Assembly: GCA_012295275.1 (NCBI GenBank)
Contig: CM022665.1
Coordinates: 41,602,001-41,666,000 of the forward strand
Length of the DNA: 64,000 nt
Direction of reading: 5' to 3'
From: Chrysomallon squamiferum
Lineage: Eukaryota; Animalia; Mollusca
Shown: piece after piece, positions 1-15,200 of the stretch
Layout: each line of letters opens with the position of its first letter
How positions within the stretch are numbered: the stretch's first letter is position 1
Notes under the pieces: generated by a model
The model's input: the letters and a program-made list of their open reading frames with translations, nothing else
Told to the model about the DNA's origin: nothing
Databases searched by the model: none
Made by a program: the position numbers and the translations under genes

Positions 1-66
1 CATTATTAATATTACAATAATCTGATTTTATTATTATATTTTGTATTTATTTAATTTTTGTTTCAG

Positions 67-3000
67 ATTATAACCAGACCTACTCTTACAAGATGCTATG
101 CTTCAAGTTCAGCTGTAAGTGTCACATTATTGCAGATTTTTCTCTTAATACTAATAATAGGTAGCGGCAGATAGATACGTTTCAGCCAGTCAGTCTGCAA
201 AATGGGTTGTTTTTAACATCTTTTAACTTGCCTTACAGACAACCTGTAACATTATGAATTGCAAGAAAATTAAGATGAAGATTTGCTCTTGAACTGTGTT
301 TTTATTTGATCATGATTGGGTCAGTGAATTTGTACTCTGCATTTAAAAAACATGACAATTTAATTGCGGCTGGCACAGCGTGATTTTCGAGCAGTGAAAA
401 CGGTACTCCACCTTCTTAGGGTTGGTTCCCTGTGGCTGATTTTAGCACCAAATTTAATCTCCCACGTGTTAACTTAAAACGTATAAAAGTTCCCTGGGTG
501 TAATATTTTTTGTTTAGCCACAATATAGATTTAAGAAATGCACATCCGTGAAAATAACACCTTTTCTGCCATTAACATCTGATTAACTAAAACCTGAATG
601 ATCAATTCTGGATGCTAGGTCATTGAGTAAGACATTGTAGGCCTACATGTATGCATAAAGTTCACATAAATTTGAGAGAACTAGGTGTTTCTGATGCTTA
701 ACCTTCTCACCATCTTTGTTTCGAAAGCTTACTGTATCCTTCATTCCTGGACATTCTACTGTTCTTGTCATTTTCATAAAATTGGACTATTTCCTCCTTC
801 AAGTTCATTTGACAGAACTTTCCCTTGTTTCTTATCACAGAGGGATAAAACCCATTTCTCTTTCTCCAATGCATGGCTTTTTTTCACAAGGTAATTCGTT
901 TTTTCAAATTCAGTCATTGTCCTTTCAGTGGTAAAGGGTGACAAAGTCAAGATTTGCACACACTCTGGGTAGGATTCAGACTTGTTGAATTTCTCTTTTA
1001 ACTCCTCCAACATGTTCCTGAAAAAATGAAGGTCCGATTTTTCTGATGAGTCAAGGTCACTTTCAGGAGAATGAAGTGGAAAATCCTAGACTGTTTCAAG
1101 ATGTTGTTTTAATGTTACTGTAGCTGATGCTAGTTTTTTCTGTCCTTTCAATCATTTACTGGAACGTGCTAGTGAATGGAGTTCAACAGGAGTTTCGCCT
1201 AAACTTGACAGGATAGAAGTCAAATCAAAGTCTTTTCTGGGGAAACAACAATTGGCAGTTTGTGTGGCAAGTTATCATCAAATTCACCCATTGTAATACC
1301 ACCCATACTAAAGCCGTCCTCTGCAGGGGTTTGGACCTTTGATTTCTGAAGGCTAATCAAACAGTCACAGCACAACTTGTCTCTTGGCACTAGTGTCTTT
1401 GGATTTACTAAGCATTTGTAAGTGCCCATGCTAACAATTCTTAAAGATCTAGTGTGTGCTTGCTTAGGATGGTGATTAAGGGATGCATGCTTGCTTAGGA
1501 TGTCATTCACAACACTTTTTCCACAATGTTGAAAACTTGATTAAAAGTTCTTGTTCATGATGTGAACAGATACTCTTGATGTCCCGTGTTTTGATCCCAC
1601 TTTGAAGAGTGAGGAGTTCAACTTCCTCAATTTTTCCGTACACTTCGCAACAACTCCTTTTTGGCATGATGGTGTTGATAAGACACATTTTCAGGAGAGT
1701 AAAAGCTGCAGTTAGCCCTGGAAGAAATAAGGAGTTTCAGTATTGCCTGCACCTTCAATTCAATAGAACAAAGTCAGTGCTTTCCTAAATATCAAATCAA
1801 ACCCTGAAACCCTTTCAGTAAAGATAAGCAGGACATAAAATGGCAGCAGAGTACATGTGTCATTGCCGAAGGCCCACAAGCCTTGGGCATTTAGGTCAAA
1901 CTTTTCAAGTATAAATCACAGTTTATCAAGGTGAAGGTAGACCTTGTTCATATTCTGTGCTGAAGACTGGGTGTACAAATACATTATGCAGTACATCACT
2001 TGATTAAGTCTGATTTCAGACTGGGTTTTACTGTTGTTGACTGAAACCTTGTTCAAAACCATTGGCAAGGCCACATGACATGATAAAATGACTTAATAGG
2101 TTTTATGAAGAAAACATAATGCTTACATATCAACATCTGACATTGTGTCCAACTTGAAAGCTTCACATTGTTAAAGAAATGCAGATGAAGAAATTCTTTG
2201 TCTTAAACTTCTAATTGCCATGTGCTCAATGGGGATTTCACTAGGGGATTTCAAGGAGTTCCTGACATGCCTGTTAACCCTTTGAGTCTAATTGTGTAGA
2301 ACATGTCATGCCATTTGGCATCTTTTCATATCCTTCAGGCATTCCTTCAGACATGTCAGGTGGGTTTTAACTCCAAAGATGAGTTTTTGGTCTCAGAGAA
2401 GTGTATGCATGTAGAAAATGTACATTGTAATGCATTGTATCAATCATCCATGCAGGTTTGCATTTTTTAAATCAATATTATGGCTAAACAAAAAATATTA
2501 CACCCAGGAAACTTTTATACGTTTTAGTGGGAGATTAAATTTCAGTAAAGGTCATCTCAAGGTCACATGATCCACACAGTCAATTTCAAGGTCATAACAA
2601 AGGTCAAAAGGTCAGTGACCCCCAAATTTTCCAAACTGAAAAATAATGGGACCTTTGGAATCCTTGTCATATTGCCTTTTCAACAATACCAATTTCATGA
2701 AGACTGGCCCAGTAGTTCCTGAGATACGAGGGTTCAAAGGTTGGTTGTCACACCCATTTTTGTCAAACATCTCAAAATTTGGGGGGGTCATATCTCCCAC
2801 ACCACTGGTCTGATTGGCCTAAAATTTCAGATTTGGTGTTGTGGGATCCCAGTCAACAAGTATACCAAGTTTCATAAAAATCTGAGACGGTTGTGTTTAA
2901 CCCATTGGGTGATTTGACATGGAATGACCCCCAACATTTTTGGTACAGTTCCAAAGCTTGTTCAATTTCATTTGGAATGCTGTTTTAAAATAAGCATGAT

Positions 3001-6000
3001 GTTCACTGGGACAAAGGCTTTTTCCAATATGACAGCTATCACCAGATGATTATTTTTGTGTTCAAAATGGTGTTGAGTGCACATTAACAAATTATCAGTG
3101 ATCTTGATTCTTGATGATATTTGACACCATCTTGTTAAGCCAATTATTGCAATCGTTTAATTAATGTTTCTTATAAAAGCTGCTGCTACCTATGTTTAAC
3201 CAATAATTATCATTATGTTTTTATTTTTTGTTTTATTTATTATCATTATTATTATTATTATTATTATTATTAATATTCAAGTCACCAGTCAGAAGGTTTG
3301 AAAGAAAAGTAATATTTCAGAAATTTAGAATTTGTAATAACAATAAATATTAAATAATTGTTATTCAGTGCTTCAATGCATAACCAGTAAATGTAATTAA
3401 TAATATTTGTCAAACATACCTAAAAACTGAAGACCTTTTTTAAAAAAAATTCATTATTTTGTTTTTTCCCTGCAGCCAACAACAAAGAATTTTATAAATG
3501 GAGAATTTGTTGAATCAAGAACAGATAAATGGATTGATGTTCACGATCCAGTAAGTAAAAACTGTTTTGAAGATGACTAATGTATATGGTATACTGATTA
3601 ATAACTACTCAAGAGTATGTATCTCTGTAATTAACCAGTTAATAATAAATTAAAAAGTAAGAGATAACTGTTGTCTTGTAATATCCTTTAATAGCATTTA
3701 TTTGTAGATTTTTAAGTAGAAAAATAACCATTAAATCCAAAAATTTGGTAATATTTAAAAAGTAAATGCAAAACTTTTTCAAATATGTTTGAAAAATGCA
3801 AAATGTTTTTAATATTTATAATAATAAAAAAAATAAAAATAATAATAATAATTGTAAACTATTTTCCATGTCTGTCAGGGCCCTAAAGTGGGCTTATCAG
3901 GATTATATTTGTGTGTGTTTGATAAAATTAGCTGGGTTAAATCGTTTCTTTTTTCCATTATTGTACAAAAAAACACAGTGTTGGCTATTCATATTTAAGA
4001 CTGATGTACCTAAAAGCTTAGATACTGTTTTCACTAGGCTACAAATCAAGTAGTGACTCGTGTTCCAGAAAGTACTAGGGATGAGATGGAAGCTGCAGTA
4101 GCTGCTGCTAAAGAGGCTTACAAAAGCTGGTCGAAAACAACAGTGCTTACAAGACAACAAATCATGTTCAAGTTTCAGCAGCTTATTAAAAGTAATCTGG
4201 TGTGTAATTATTTTGTTTTGATTTCTGCTTTTACTGTTTAAAAAAAATTTTGTGATTTTGTTTTGATGATGATACTGATAGAGCAGAAAAAAAAAATTAA
4301 CTTCATTTAAATTAGTTTCCATATTTAGTTTTTACATTTTGTTCCACTATAAATTAACTTCTTTTTTTGTTTTGTTTAAATTTATACAGAAAATTAATAA
4401 TATTATAACTATTTAAATAATGTATTCGTATCCACTATATAACCTGTATTTGGGATATGGTTAATAATAGATAAGGAAACCTAAGAAAGACAAGTTTAAC
4501 ACATTTGCAATAACACAAACACATTAACTGAGTTTAAATTCTCAGTCTACACATGTATAATATTTGTCTTCCAAGTCACCTTTTTACAGAACAAACAAAA
4601 TCTTGTACTACAAAATTTACCTAATATCACATCTGCTGATATTTTCAACATGTTCATGAGATGAAACTTTTATATTTCAGAAAGATATTGCCAAAAATAT
4701 CACCAAGGAACAAGGTAAAACTCTGGTTGATGCAGAAGGTGATGTTATGAGAGGATTACGTGAGTATATTTTTATTTTTTGACTCATTTTAAATAAGTAA
4801 AAGAAAAAAAACTGAAAATACTTTAATTCAGAAAACTTAACACTAAAAAAATATTAATATAACCTAAATTGTTTTATTTGTCAAAATTATTATTGAAATT
4901 TTTACAGAAAGTAGAAAGCTAGAGGGATTTTTTTTTTTTTGTTTTTTTTTGTTTTAATAAACTTAACATAATTATCATTGATTATTGTTTCTTTTTTGGG
5001 TGAAAATAAATTAAATAAAAGTAATTGTCAACCTTTCAGTGATTTCCCTGTAGTATTCACAGCAAATCAATTTATTTATTCTGTCTAAAATTAAAATTAT
5101 TTATTTATTTATTTATTTATGACAGAGGTTGTGGAACACTGTTGTAGTATCACCAATCTGCAGCTGGGAGAGTCATTGTATGGAGTTGCCAAAGACATGG
5201 ACACTTTAACTTTTCGTATGCCACTGGGAGTCACTGCTGGCATCACACCTTTCAACTTTCCAGCCATGATTCCTCTCTGGGTAACAAAAATAAACACATT
5301 TCTTTTTGCAATTGTTGTTTCTAAAATGTTTTAATAAAAAATGTATGTTTTTTTTTTTTTTAAACATAATTTATATCATAATTAACAAATCGGATCATTT
5401 TCATAATGATGAATCTGAAAAATTGCTTTTTTAATCTTCTGTTGCTTTTCATAAATTTAAGAGTTTATAAACTTAAATTATATTTTTGCATTTTTCCCAG
5501 ATGTTTCCAATGGCAGCAGTGGTAGGTAACACCTCAGTGTTGAAACCTTCAGAGCGAGATCCTGGTGCACTCATGATGTTGATGGCTCTTGCTAAAGAAG
5601 CTGGCTTTCCTAATGGAGTCCTCAATGTCATTCATGGAAAACATGACTGTAATCTTTTTCTGATATATTTATCTTCAAATACCTAAATTGTTATCCAGAG
5701 GCTAAATCTGAAATTGATTAAAAGATTTGTTAAACTCTCATAAATGTACAATGTTTGTTGTGTAGTTGTTTAATATGAATATTTATGTAGATGTGAAACC
5801 TCACATTGCTTATTATTTTAGTTATTAAGTAAAAAGCAGCTTTTATTAAGATTTAAAGAAAGTGTATTGTTTATTCCAAAATTATCATTTTCTCAAAATA
5901 GAATTTTTCTGTGTTTTTGTAACTTTTATTTTTCTTTATTTTTTACTCTTAGGAATAATCAGTACTGTCATGTTAAGATAAAGTAATTGAATTTAAAAAC

Positions 6001-9000
6001 TGAAACTACTTAAAGGTACACCTTTAATGTAAACTGCAATATGCTTGAAAATAAATGTTTTATTTTTCAGCTGTAAACTTCATCTGTGATCATCCAGACA
6101 TCAAAGCCATTTCATTCGTAGGATCAGATCAAGCAGTAAGTGGTTTTATTACTCAAAATACCAAAATATAAATCCATTCTTTTGTAAGTATTGATCAAGT
6201 GAATGACCAGGCTGCAGCTCAGTGGTCAAAGCACCATTTTCATGAAGTCGAATGTTTAATACTGCTGTCTCATAGTTGGGTTTGTTTCTTGGTTGTTTTC
6301 CCACATACTTTTTTCAAAATGGCTGTGCTCTGTGTATCATGATATGGGGAATAATGCTTGCAAAAGATAACAAGTTGGTTATAAGAATAGCCCATAGAAT
6401 GAATGACCATAAGTTTCTTTATTCTTGATTTTTAGAAACTTTGTGTATTATGGTATGTGAAAATGTGTTAAACATTGACTTCTGTTTCAAAGGAATTTAA
6501 TGTTTAATTTCTTAAAAAAAACAATTTGTCAGTGTTTCATTTTCTATTTTCATTTTATGTTTTAGGGTCAGTACATTTATGAAAGGGGTTCCAAGTCAGG
6601 GAAGAGAGTTCAATCAAACATGGTAACCAAATATCTTTCATTTTTATTCAGAAATAAATATTAGACTTTAAAAAATATATGCTTAGAATGGGATGATGTG
6701 ATATTTTTTCTCTCTTAAAGATTTAAGCAATTCAACAAAGACAACATTTTGAAAATTATTTCTTGGCTTTGAGATAATTCGTATAAAATAAAACATTATT
6801 TCTGTTTTTGATCAGATCAAACATGATACTGGAACATGACTAATATTTATTTTTATACTTCAGGGTGCTAAAAATCATGGTGTAATAATGCCAGATGCAA
6901 ACAAGGAAAGCACTTTAACACAGGTGAATTTTAATAACTTTTTCATATTCTTTGCTTTAAATTTTGCAACTGCAGTTTTCAGTTGCTAATGAAAAAAAAT
7001 TAACAAATAAAAGTAATTTTATTCCAGCTATGTGTAGGTGTGTGTAGTATACTAAAAGCACAAAATGTCCTTTTCCATGAACAAAAACATTTAAAAAAAA
7101 ATAAAGAGACATATTTTTTATATTTCATTTTGAATTAGTCAGTATTCATCTGTAAATATACCTTTAAAACATTAATTTGATTTTATCTTTTTCTTTAAGT
7201 CCTATGAAAATTTCTTTATTTTTATACTATGTTACATTTGGGTCATAATTAAAATAACACTTTCTCTCTGCAGCTTGTTGGAGCTGCATTTGGAGCAGCA
7301 GGTCAAAGATGTATGGCTTTGTCCACTGCAGTGTTTGTTGGGGATTCTAAGAACTGGCTGCCAGAATTTGTGGAGAGGTCAAAAAAGCTAAAGGTTTCAG
7401 CAGGTGAAGTGTTTTTATTTATAATATAAAACTGTCATTTTGGGATTTTGGTGATATAACTATTAACTTGTTTCATAAACATAAAAAGTAATTAAATTAT
7501 AGTCATGTACATTTTTTGAGGGTGGGGAAGATTTTCAGAAATACAATGCTTGATTAATTAAAATCATATTTTTATATTTTTTTATAAGAAAGGTTCCAAA
7601 CATAAAGTAATAATAATTAAAAATGTATAAAAATTCAATTTACTTTGAGAAATCATATTTTACAAGTATCTGAATTTATTAATACTTTTGTGTCGACAGG
7701 ACATGAACCTAATGCTGATCTTGGACCTCTGATCTCACCCCAGGCCAAACAGAGAGTCTGTGATCTTATTCAGTCAGGGGTAGATGAAGGAGCAGAGCTG
7801 CTGCTGGATGGTAGAGGTCTCACTGTTAAGGGTTATGAAAATGGAAACTTTGTTGGCCCAACAATCCTGAACAAAGTCAAGGTTAGATTAAAGTTCGTGC
7901 AATAATAGTGTGTTTTATCAGAGTCCATATTAGAAGTATTGTTGTTCTTTTTAATGGTTTTTATTTCTTTTTTTTTATATGCACGAGATTTTAAAATATT
8001 TCTCCAGCAAATGCTAAGAAAGGGTTTTTAACAATTACTGAAGAAACATCAATTGATTTTTAAATTTTATTTTAGCCCCATATGAAGTGCTACACAGAAG
8101 AAATCTTTGGACCAGTTCTGGTCAGTTTGGAAGTGGACACTTTAGATGAAGCCATTGCACTGGTCAATTCAAACCCATATGGAAATGGAACTGCCATTTT
8201 TACAACAAACGGGGCAACAGCAAGGAAATATGCTATGGAAAGTGACGTGGGACAGGTATTTTATAATTGATGTTTTTATTATGATTATCATGTGTACTAT
8301 ATTTATATTTTCTTCAGAATATTTTGAATTGTGTTGCTAATACTTCTTAAGCTGACTGCAGTTTAGTAGCACTAAAAATTTGAATCCCTTACTCTTAAAG
8401 TTTTCATGTTAAGAGCAAATGTATTATTTTTATTTATTTGATAGAATGTGGAGTTTGTGCTTGTTGTGTTTTTCTCATTTTAAATTAAGGAAATTATGAT
8501 TGTTTTTCAGGCAAGTACACATTAACTGCACTGAATGTTTCCACTAATGATTATTATTTATAAATTTTATTTAAATTTTTTCAGGTGGGCATTAATGTAC
8601 CAATTCCAGTTCCTTTGCCCATGTTTTCTTTCACTGGATCACGAGCTTCCTTCAGAGGAGACACAAACTTCTATGGAAAACAGGTATTTTCATAACAAAA
8701 TTTAAGGGATTTGAGTGAACATGCATCCTAGTTCATTTTGGTCTTACTGGGCAGATATGTATAATTAAAATCTTTCTCTATTTCGTATATTAAATATACA
8801 AAACTATCTGCAAGTACATCATTTTAGTAAATTTATGTTTTGATGTGAATTTTTGTAAATACAAATTTTAAAAATGGTAGTAAGGCTAAAACATTGAAAA
8901 AGTGGTAGATTAAATTTTTATGTTAGTTGAATCTTCATAAAATTTGATATCTTTTCAGTTTTAAATTTTATAAGTCTTTTAATGAAAGCAATTTTTTTTT

Positions 9001-9244
9001 TTAACAAAATTTAAAATTTTATTTTGAAGCTTATTATTGCTGCTACTGTTACTATTATTTTTTATTTTTATTATTATTAACAACATGTATTTACCCTCCA
9101 CTGTAGCATAATGATGCACATCTAAAATTACATTTTCAGGGCATTAACTTTTACACCCAAGTAAAGACCATTACACAGATGTGGAGAAGTGAAGACAGTA
9201 CCCTTAGCTCAGGATCTGCTACTGCCATGCCCGTCATGAAATAA
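67..9244 (+). CDS. ALDH6A1: Methylmalonate-semialdehyde dehydrogenase [acylating], mitochondrial (5'-partial; 14 coding exons in window)
   Basis: GT-AG exons 67-114, 3476-3550, 4038-4199, 4681-4759, 5126-5280, 5501-5648, 6071-6135, 6566-6622, 6864-6923, 7274-7403, 7700-7881, 8076-8255, 8585-8683 and 9140-9244 splice in frame. Motifs: ITPFNFP, KPSERDP, MGAKNH, catalytic Cys in [35 protein letters not shown]. Exon 67-114 ([16 protein letters not shown]) resembles the end of a mitochondrial presequence. The start codon is upstream of the window. Confidence 0.97.
418..2931 (-). mobile_element. Decayed DNA transposon in the first in-window ALDH6A1 intron
   Basis: About 65 bp of inverted repeat at 450-520 and 2481-2541 brackets broken minus-strand ORFs (1503-1688, 1220-1510, 774-1013). 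These carry Cys/His clusters (CSHH, CC, CCDC) and a helical basic segment. Boundaries are approximate and the superfamily is not determined. Confidence 0.6.
6209..6430 (+). mobile_element. Degenerate tRNA-derived SINE
   Basis: Starts with a Pol III A-box-like GCAGCTCAGTGG and is more GC-rich than the flanking intron. The body resembles a common gastropod SINE from memory; not checked by alignment. Confidence 0.4.
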
Positions 9245-11445
9245 TTTCATTTATCAGCATGAAACAGCTGAATTAGTTTATACTGGTATATTACATGTTA
9301 TGGATTTTACAGATGGGCTGAGACATTTATTTCTCCTTTTTTTTTTTTTTTCTTTTTTATTGCAAGGCAGCTAGCTAGGTATATGTAAAGGATGGAAGTA
9401 TTATTATCTTAATTGAACCTAGGTGTGCAGTTACATGAACATTCAATCAACTGAAAGAGAGCTTTTGGGTTAAGTTTGGTTAAACTGAAAATTCAGAACT
9501 TAATTTTATAATCACTGAGCACGCAAGCACACATATTTAATTCTTAACATTTTGAAAATTTACTATTCATTCTACTTATATTACTATTTGTTTTTAATTA
9601 ATTTTGTAAAAACATTTAATCATGACACTGTTTTACAAGAAATATTGTTTGCCATGGGAACACTTTTTTTTTTTTTCTCCAATTCTTAAAACTGATTTTT
9701 GATAGCTATTCCATATTGTTAAAAATATTGTTTTGATAAAGGTTTTATGGTTTCTGAAAAACTGTTTTTGGTAATGTAATCACAGGATGATTTCAGAGTG
9801 AACATCCGAAAACGTCTTGATTAGCCACATTCTGATAGTTGTATACTAAAAATTATTAAGTTTAATTCAAGATCTTTGAAATAATGTCAGACAGATTTTC
9901 AAAGTTTAAAATTAGTGAAGGATAAACTATTTACATTTTGTCCAGCCTTGTTTGAAAAACTGGAATATTAAACTGAAGTGATAGTATTTTCATTATAACA
10001 CATGTACTGGAATTTACTATGTATGAACAGAATAAGATTAATACATTCATCAGCAATTTAATTTTTTTTATTATTATTATTATTTTTTTTTTAAACAAGA
10101 ATCTTTATTAAATATTGTATTCTAGTATAGAACAACATCATTTTTTATTTCAACTTGAGGAAATGGCACTTCTGGAATAGTACAAATTAATAATGAAATG
10201 TGTTGATTCTAGACATTTCTGTGGTACAAATTTTATATTTGTTTGAATTGTCATATATTTAAATTTACAATAAAAGGCAGGAACTTGTTCTTACGCAAAT
10301 ATATTTATACAGAATGATAGATTTCATATTATTACAATTTTTTATCAAAAATGATGAAACAAAATTCGGGTTAACACTGGTTGTATTATGTATGAAGTAT
10401 GCAATTTTTTAATATATTATGATTGTTTTTCATTTGTTGTTTAGTGCTGTTCCCCCTTTTCTGTTTTTTATTTTTTTGATAATCTCATTGCCTAGATCAT
10501 TATCACTATCCAGCCAAATTCTGATGCACTAAATTAGTGCTATGTGATTGCATTTGTATTACTTTTTCTTTTCTTGATCATTAAAAGATTATTTTATGAC
10601 TATACAATTATGCAGTGCTTGACAAATTATTTAATAAAGCTTTTTTTTTTTTTTTTTAACTGTACCCTATTAGAGATTTAGAATATTAAAAAATGTTCAT
10701 GATTTAAAGGTGGGATTTTCAAATATGGTATCCATGTAGCCAGCTTGTTTGGTCTTCATTTTTAATTTGGATGTACTGTGTATTTCCGTTAACTGTACTA
10801 GCTACTAACTGAAATGATTGTGTGATTTGAAAGACTGACAATAAAATAAATTTATATGTGAATCTCATAGTTCATAATAAAATTTATTTTCTATTCACTG
10901 AATCTTCTTGTTTCTATTTATTTCGTTTATTTATTTTTGCTATGTTGATGTTACTAAATTAGTGACTTAATTTAAATGTAATTCAGATTTTCTTTTAAAA
11001 CACCAAGAAAACAATTCAGCTGAAAATTTACATTACTACTGGTTGTATTATAGTAGTGTAAGAAACAAAACGGATAAAAAGGAAAAAAGGAAATCTTGTC
11101 ATACAGATTTTCTTCATTATACATTTTGTTAAATGTTTTTTTTTTTTTTTACCTTTTATTATCAATGGCATATTTCAAATATTCTAGCTTTAAATGATGG
11201 AGATTATTATTCCTATATATTTTATAATATACGATAAAAAATGCTGTAGAATTTTTTGTTTTAAAAATTGAAAAGAAGAATGCCACTCCCCCATCCCACC
11301 AAATTATATTCACCATGAAACTAGAAAATACCAGTCTTTCAAAATTGTGAGACTGGTTTATATTTAAATGTTTAATAATAATAATATTCAAAGTATTGGT
11401 TGTTTTTTTTGTATGTTTTCCCCACCTAAAGATCATCAATTAATA

Positions 11446-11476
<31 letters not shown>

Positions 11477-11666
11477 GAAACCAACAATTAAATAAAAATA
11501 AAATAAAAACAAACGGAAAAAAACAACAAAACAAACAAACAAAAAATAATAACACAGCTATTTCATTCATGAAATAATGCTTATTAATGTTAAACGAAAA
11601 TCGAGCTTAGTGGGCAAAATAGACAGGTTCCCAGTCAAAAGCGTAAAGCGAATAAGGACGGCAAAC

Positions 11667-12236
11667 ATGGCAGGACAAAATGCCGCTAATTCGAATTTCG
11701 ATGCAGCAGGTATTTTACAATTTGTAAACCACGTTCGCGTATTATTTCGTAAACTGAATTCATACTTTCCAGTAAAATAACGAAACGACTATTACAGTCA
11801 AATAGATTTAAACTCTTTATTTGATTTTCCTATTGAGAGAGGAACGAATGGGGTTCCTTTACAGTGTAAATTACACTCAGTAACACTGTACCAAATTATC
11901 AATATGATTTATAATGATATATTATTATTTCTTTACTTGTAGATTTACACAACTTTATCAAAATGCAGGCATCAATATATTAATTGCAAATACTTTAGAT
12001 ACTGAGATCTTCATATTTAATTTCCGGTGTTTTTTTTATTATTATGTTTTTAAATATTATTTAATTTATTATTTATTAATTTATTTTCATTTATTATTAA
12101 ATAATTTTAAAAATTAGTCGCTAACTGGAAATGTTTAATTACTGAAATCTTCATGTATAGCTTCCGTTTATTTTAATTTTTTAAAATTATTTTATATATT
12201 TATTTACATTTATTATTTTATTAAGAAATTTTATAT

Positions 12237-12284
<48 letters not shown>

Positions 12285-15200
12285 ATATATGAACTTATAT
12301 ATGAACAATATAATTGTATATTATGTTTAGATAAAAAAGTTAATATTTAATGTCTGTTTGAATTTGAAAATGTATATTGTGGTGGATATGTATTAAAAAA
12401 AAGAAGAAAGATAGAAAACAACAACAACACACATACACCCTATTCAGCTTGCATTAATACAAAGTGTTAATTTATTTTAGATGATGATAACTGTCTGCTT
12501 AGTTTGGAGAAGTTGGACAGAGCTTCACCAGATTTGTGGCCTGAACAGAGTAAGTTTGAATTAAAGTGTGTCTACAGTTCTACTACAGTACAGTTACTGC
12601 AAATAACTAGTTTAATAAAAATTCGAGTTATTGTTTTGGGAAACCTGTATTCACTCATAACAGAGGTTGACAGTAAAATAATGTTATGACAAAACATTTA
12701 AACACTGCAATGTTAACCCTTTAGAACTGGAGTAGTGATGTTATATATGCTAGACTGACAGTTGTATTTTCTGTAATAACATTACAAGAAAGTTTTAGGG
12801 TAAAATGGTCCACCCTGTAAGCATGGGAAAATGTGGTGGTGCCCAGATATTTTTTAACTTGTACTCATTTGTAACTGCATTTCCTTAATATTGGATGGCA
12901 AATAACGTAACTTGGAAGTATTCAGAATATTAAGACTTAGTAGCATGTATCTTAATACTTATACTTAATGTTTAAACTCCATGGTTAACTTAAAAACAAT
13001 TTTATTTTTTTTTTTTTTTTTTTTTCAAAATTCACTTTGTATTGTTATGTGTTGAATGTTATATTTACTGGATTTGTTTTAAAAATAAAAATAAAATTTT
13101 ATTATTATTTGTGTTATTATTCACTCTTTATTTTTTTATTTTTTTTTTTTTTTAATACAGTTCCGGGTGTTTCTGAATTTGCAGCTAATAAAAGTGTAAG
13201 TTTCTCTGCAAAAAATAAAAAATAAATGAATAATAATAATATTAATTTTATTAAAATACACAAAAAAGGAATACAAAAATAAAATGATCAAGACTATAAA
13301 TTGTAATCCTTTTAAGTTATAACTGAACAACACTTTTATTTTATCTTGTAATTTATATATATATATATATATATATATACATACATAAAAGACTGATGTA
13401 AAATGTGAAATATTTAAGTATAAATTTTTATCCTCTATTTAATAAATGAACTTTAGAATAAAATACATCTGAAATAAATATATTTTATTCTGATTAATGG
13501 TAATGTGTTGTTTCATTTCTTTTCTCTCAGCCACTCTCTTCTTCTGACTCCCCACCAAAATGGCTTGAAGAATTAGGAAATGATGATATTGATTTATTAC
13601 AAGGTACTCATTATTTAAAAAAAAAAAAAAAAAAAATTAAAACATTTGTTTCATAAATTAATTATTTCAAACACCTTTACCAGCTATTTATAAAAATTAA
13701 AAACAAAAAAACATTTTTGTTGGACAGTTATTTATTTAAAAAAAAGTACTTTTTTAAAATCTTTTTTATATTACTTTGAAAATTTTAATGTATTTTTTCA
13801 TAAGTTTGTTATTGATGGTCTTGTTTTTTTTTTTTTTTTTTTTTTTTTTTTAGTAATAAAATTGTTATGGTTGTATTTTACATTATTAAGAATTAATTTA
13901 TTAACTTTGGATATTTAAAAAAAATTCACATGGAAAGAAATTCAGAACAACTTGTAATAAAAACACGAAGGGCAAAGCTTTGTAGGATTAGTCCCGAGTA
14001 CACTCACATGTATTATTTCCTAAGCAGAAAATATCGTGACATTTATTTTTCTGTCATTGTTTTGTTGCAGAATTTGGTAGTTTAACATTATCACAGTTGA
14101 TGGAAAAAGTGAAAGGATTGCAGAATCTTGCTTATCAGCTTGGGTTGGAGGAGGGTGAGTGGTCACTGAGACCTGTCATTAGATACATTAGATGATTTGA
14201 ATACATTAGATGAGTTTTCTGATACGGTTACCCTAACATACAGTCCTTAATAATCAAAATGTAATCTTGCTAAATCCACTAAGATTAGTAGTAGTAGTAG
14301 TAGTGGTAGTAGTAGTAGTAGTAGTAGCAGCAGTAGCAGTGCAGCAGCAGCAGTTGTAGTTGTAGTTATTATTCATGGCATTGTGCCATGATAATAAATA
14401 TATTAGCACTTCAGCACTAACTTTTCTGAGAGGGTTACACCAACCACTGTCCTTACCAGTCTAAATGCAACCATCACCCAATCCATTAAGATCAGTAGTA
14501 GTAGTAGTAGTAGTTATGCATGGTGTCGTGGCCTGTTAATAGATACATTATGACTTAATACATCCTTAAGCACCAACTTCCTTTTCTGTGAGGGTTACCC
14601 CAAGTACAAGGCCTTAACAGTTGAATTTAGCCATCACCCAGTCCACTAGTAGTTATTACCCATTATACTGCGACCAGTCATTAAATATATTATGACAGCA
14701 CTTAGCACTGAATTTTTAGTTTTGATTACCCTAACCAATGTCCTTATCAGTTTAAACTCAAACCATCAGCAAATCTGTTACAATCAGTAGTCATAGCTTT
14801 TATTGCATTGTACTGTGGCTTGTTAAGAGATATATTAATGCTTCTGCACTAATGTTTGCAAGAGAATTAGTCCAAAAACAATACTTTTTAATCTGAAACA
14901 GTTACTAGTGCACTGCACTGTGATTTATTAGTATACACACTGCAGTAACGAGTAGTAATTCAGGTGATTATAGCACTCACTTTTCTGTTAAGACTACCTC
15001 AGTCATTTTCCAAGTCACTCTAGATTTAATCATTAAATAATTCGTTATGTTTGAACATTTATATATAACAGTGTTTGGATAGCATTTTGTAAAGAGGCTG
15101 GATTTTATCAGTTTTGACAATTAAAATAATAGCCACAAAAAATTCTGTTAAATTGGTTCAAACACTGACCAAATATTTACTATTTAAAGTGACTAACTAA

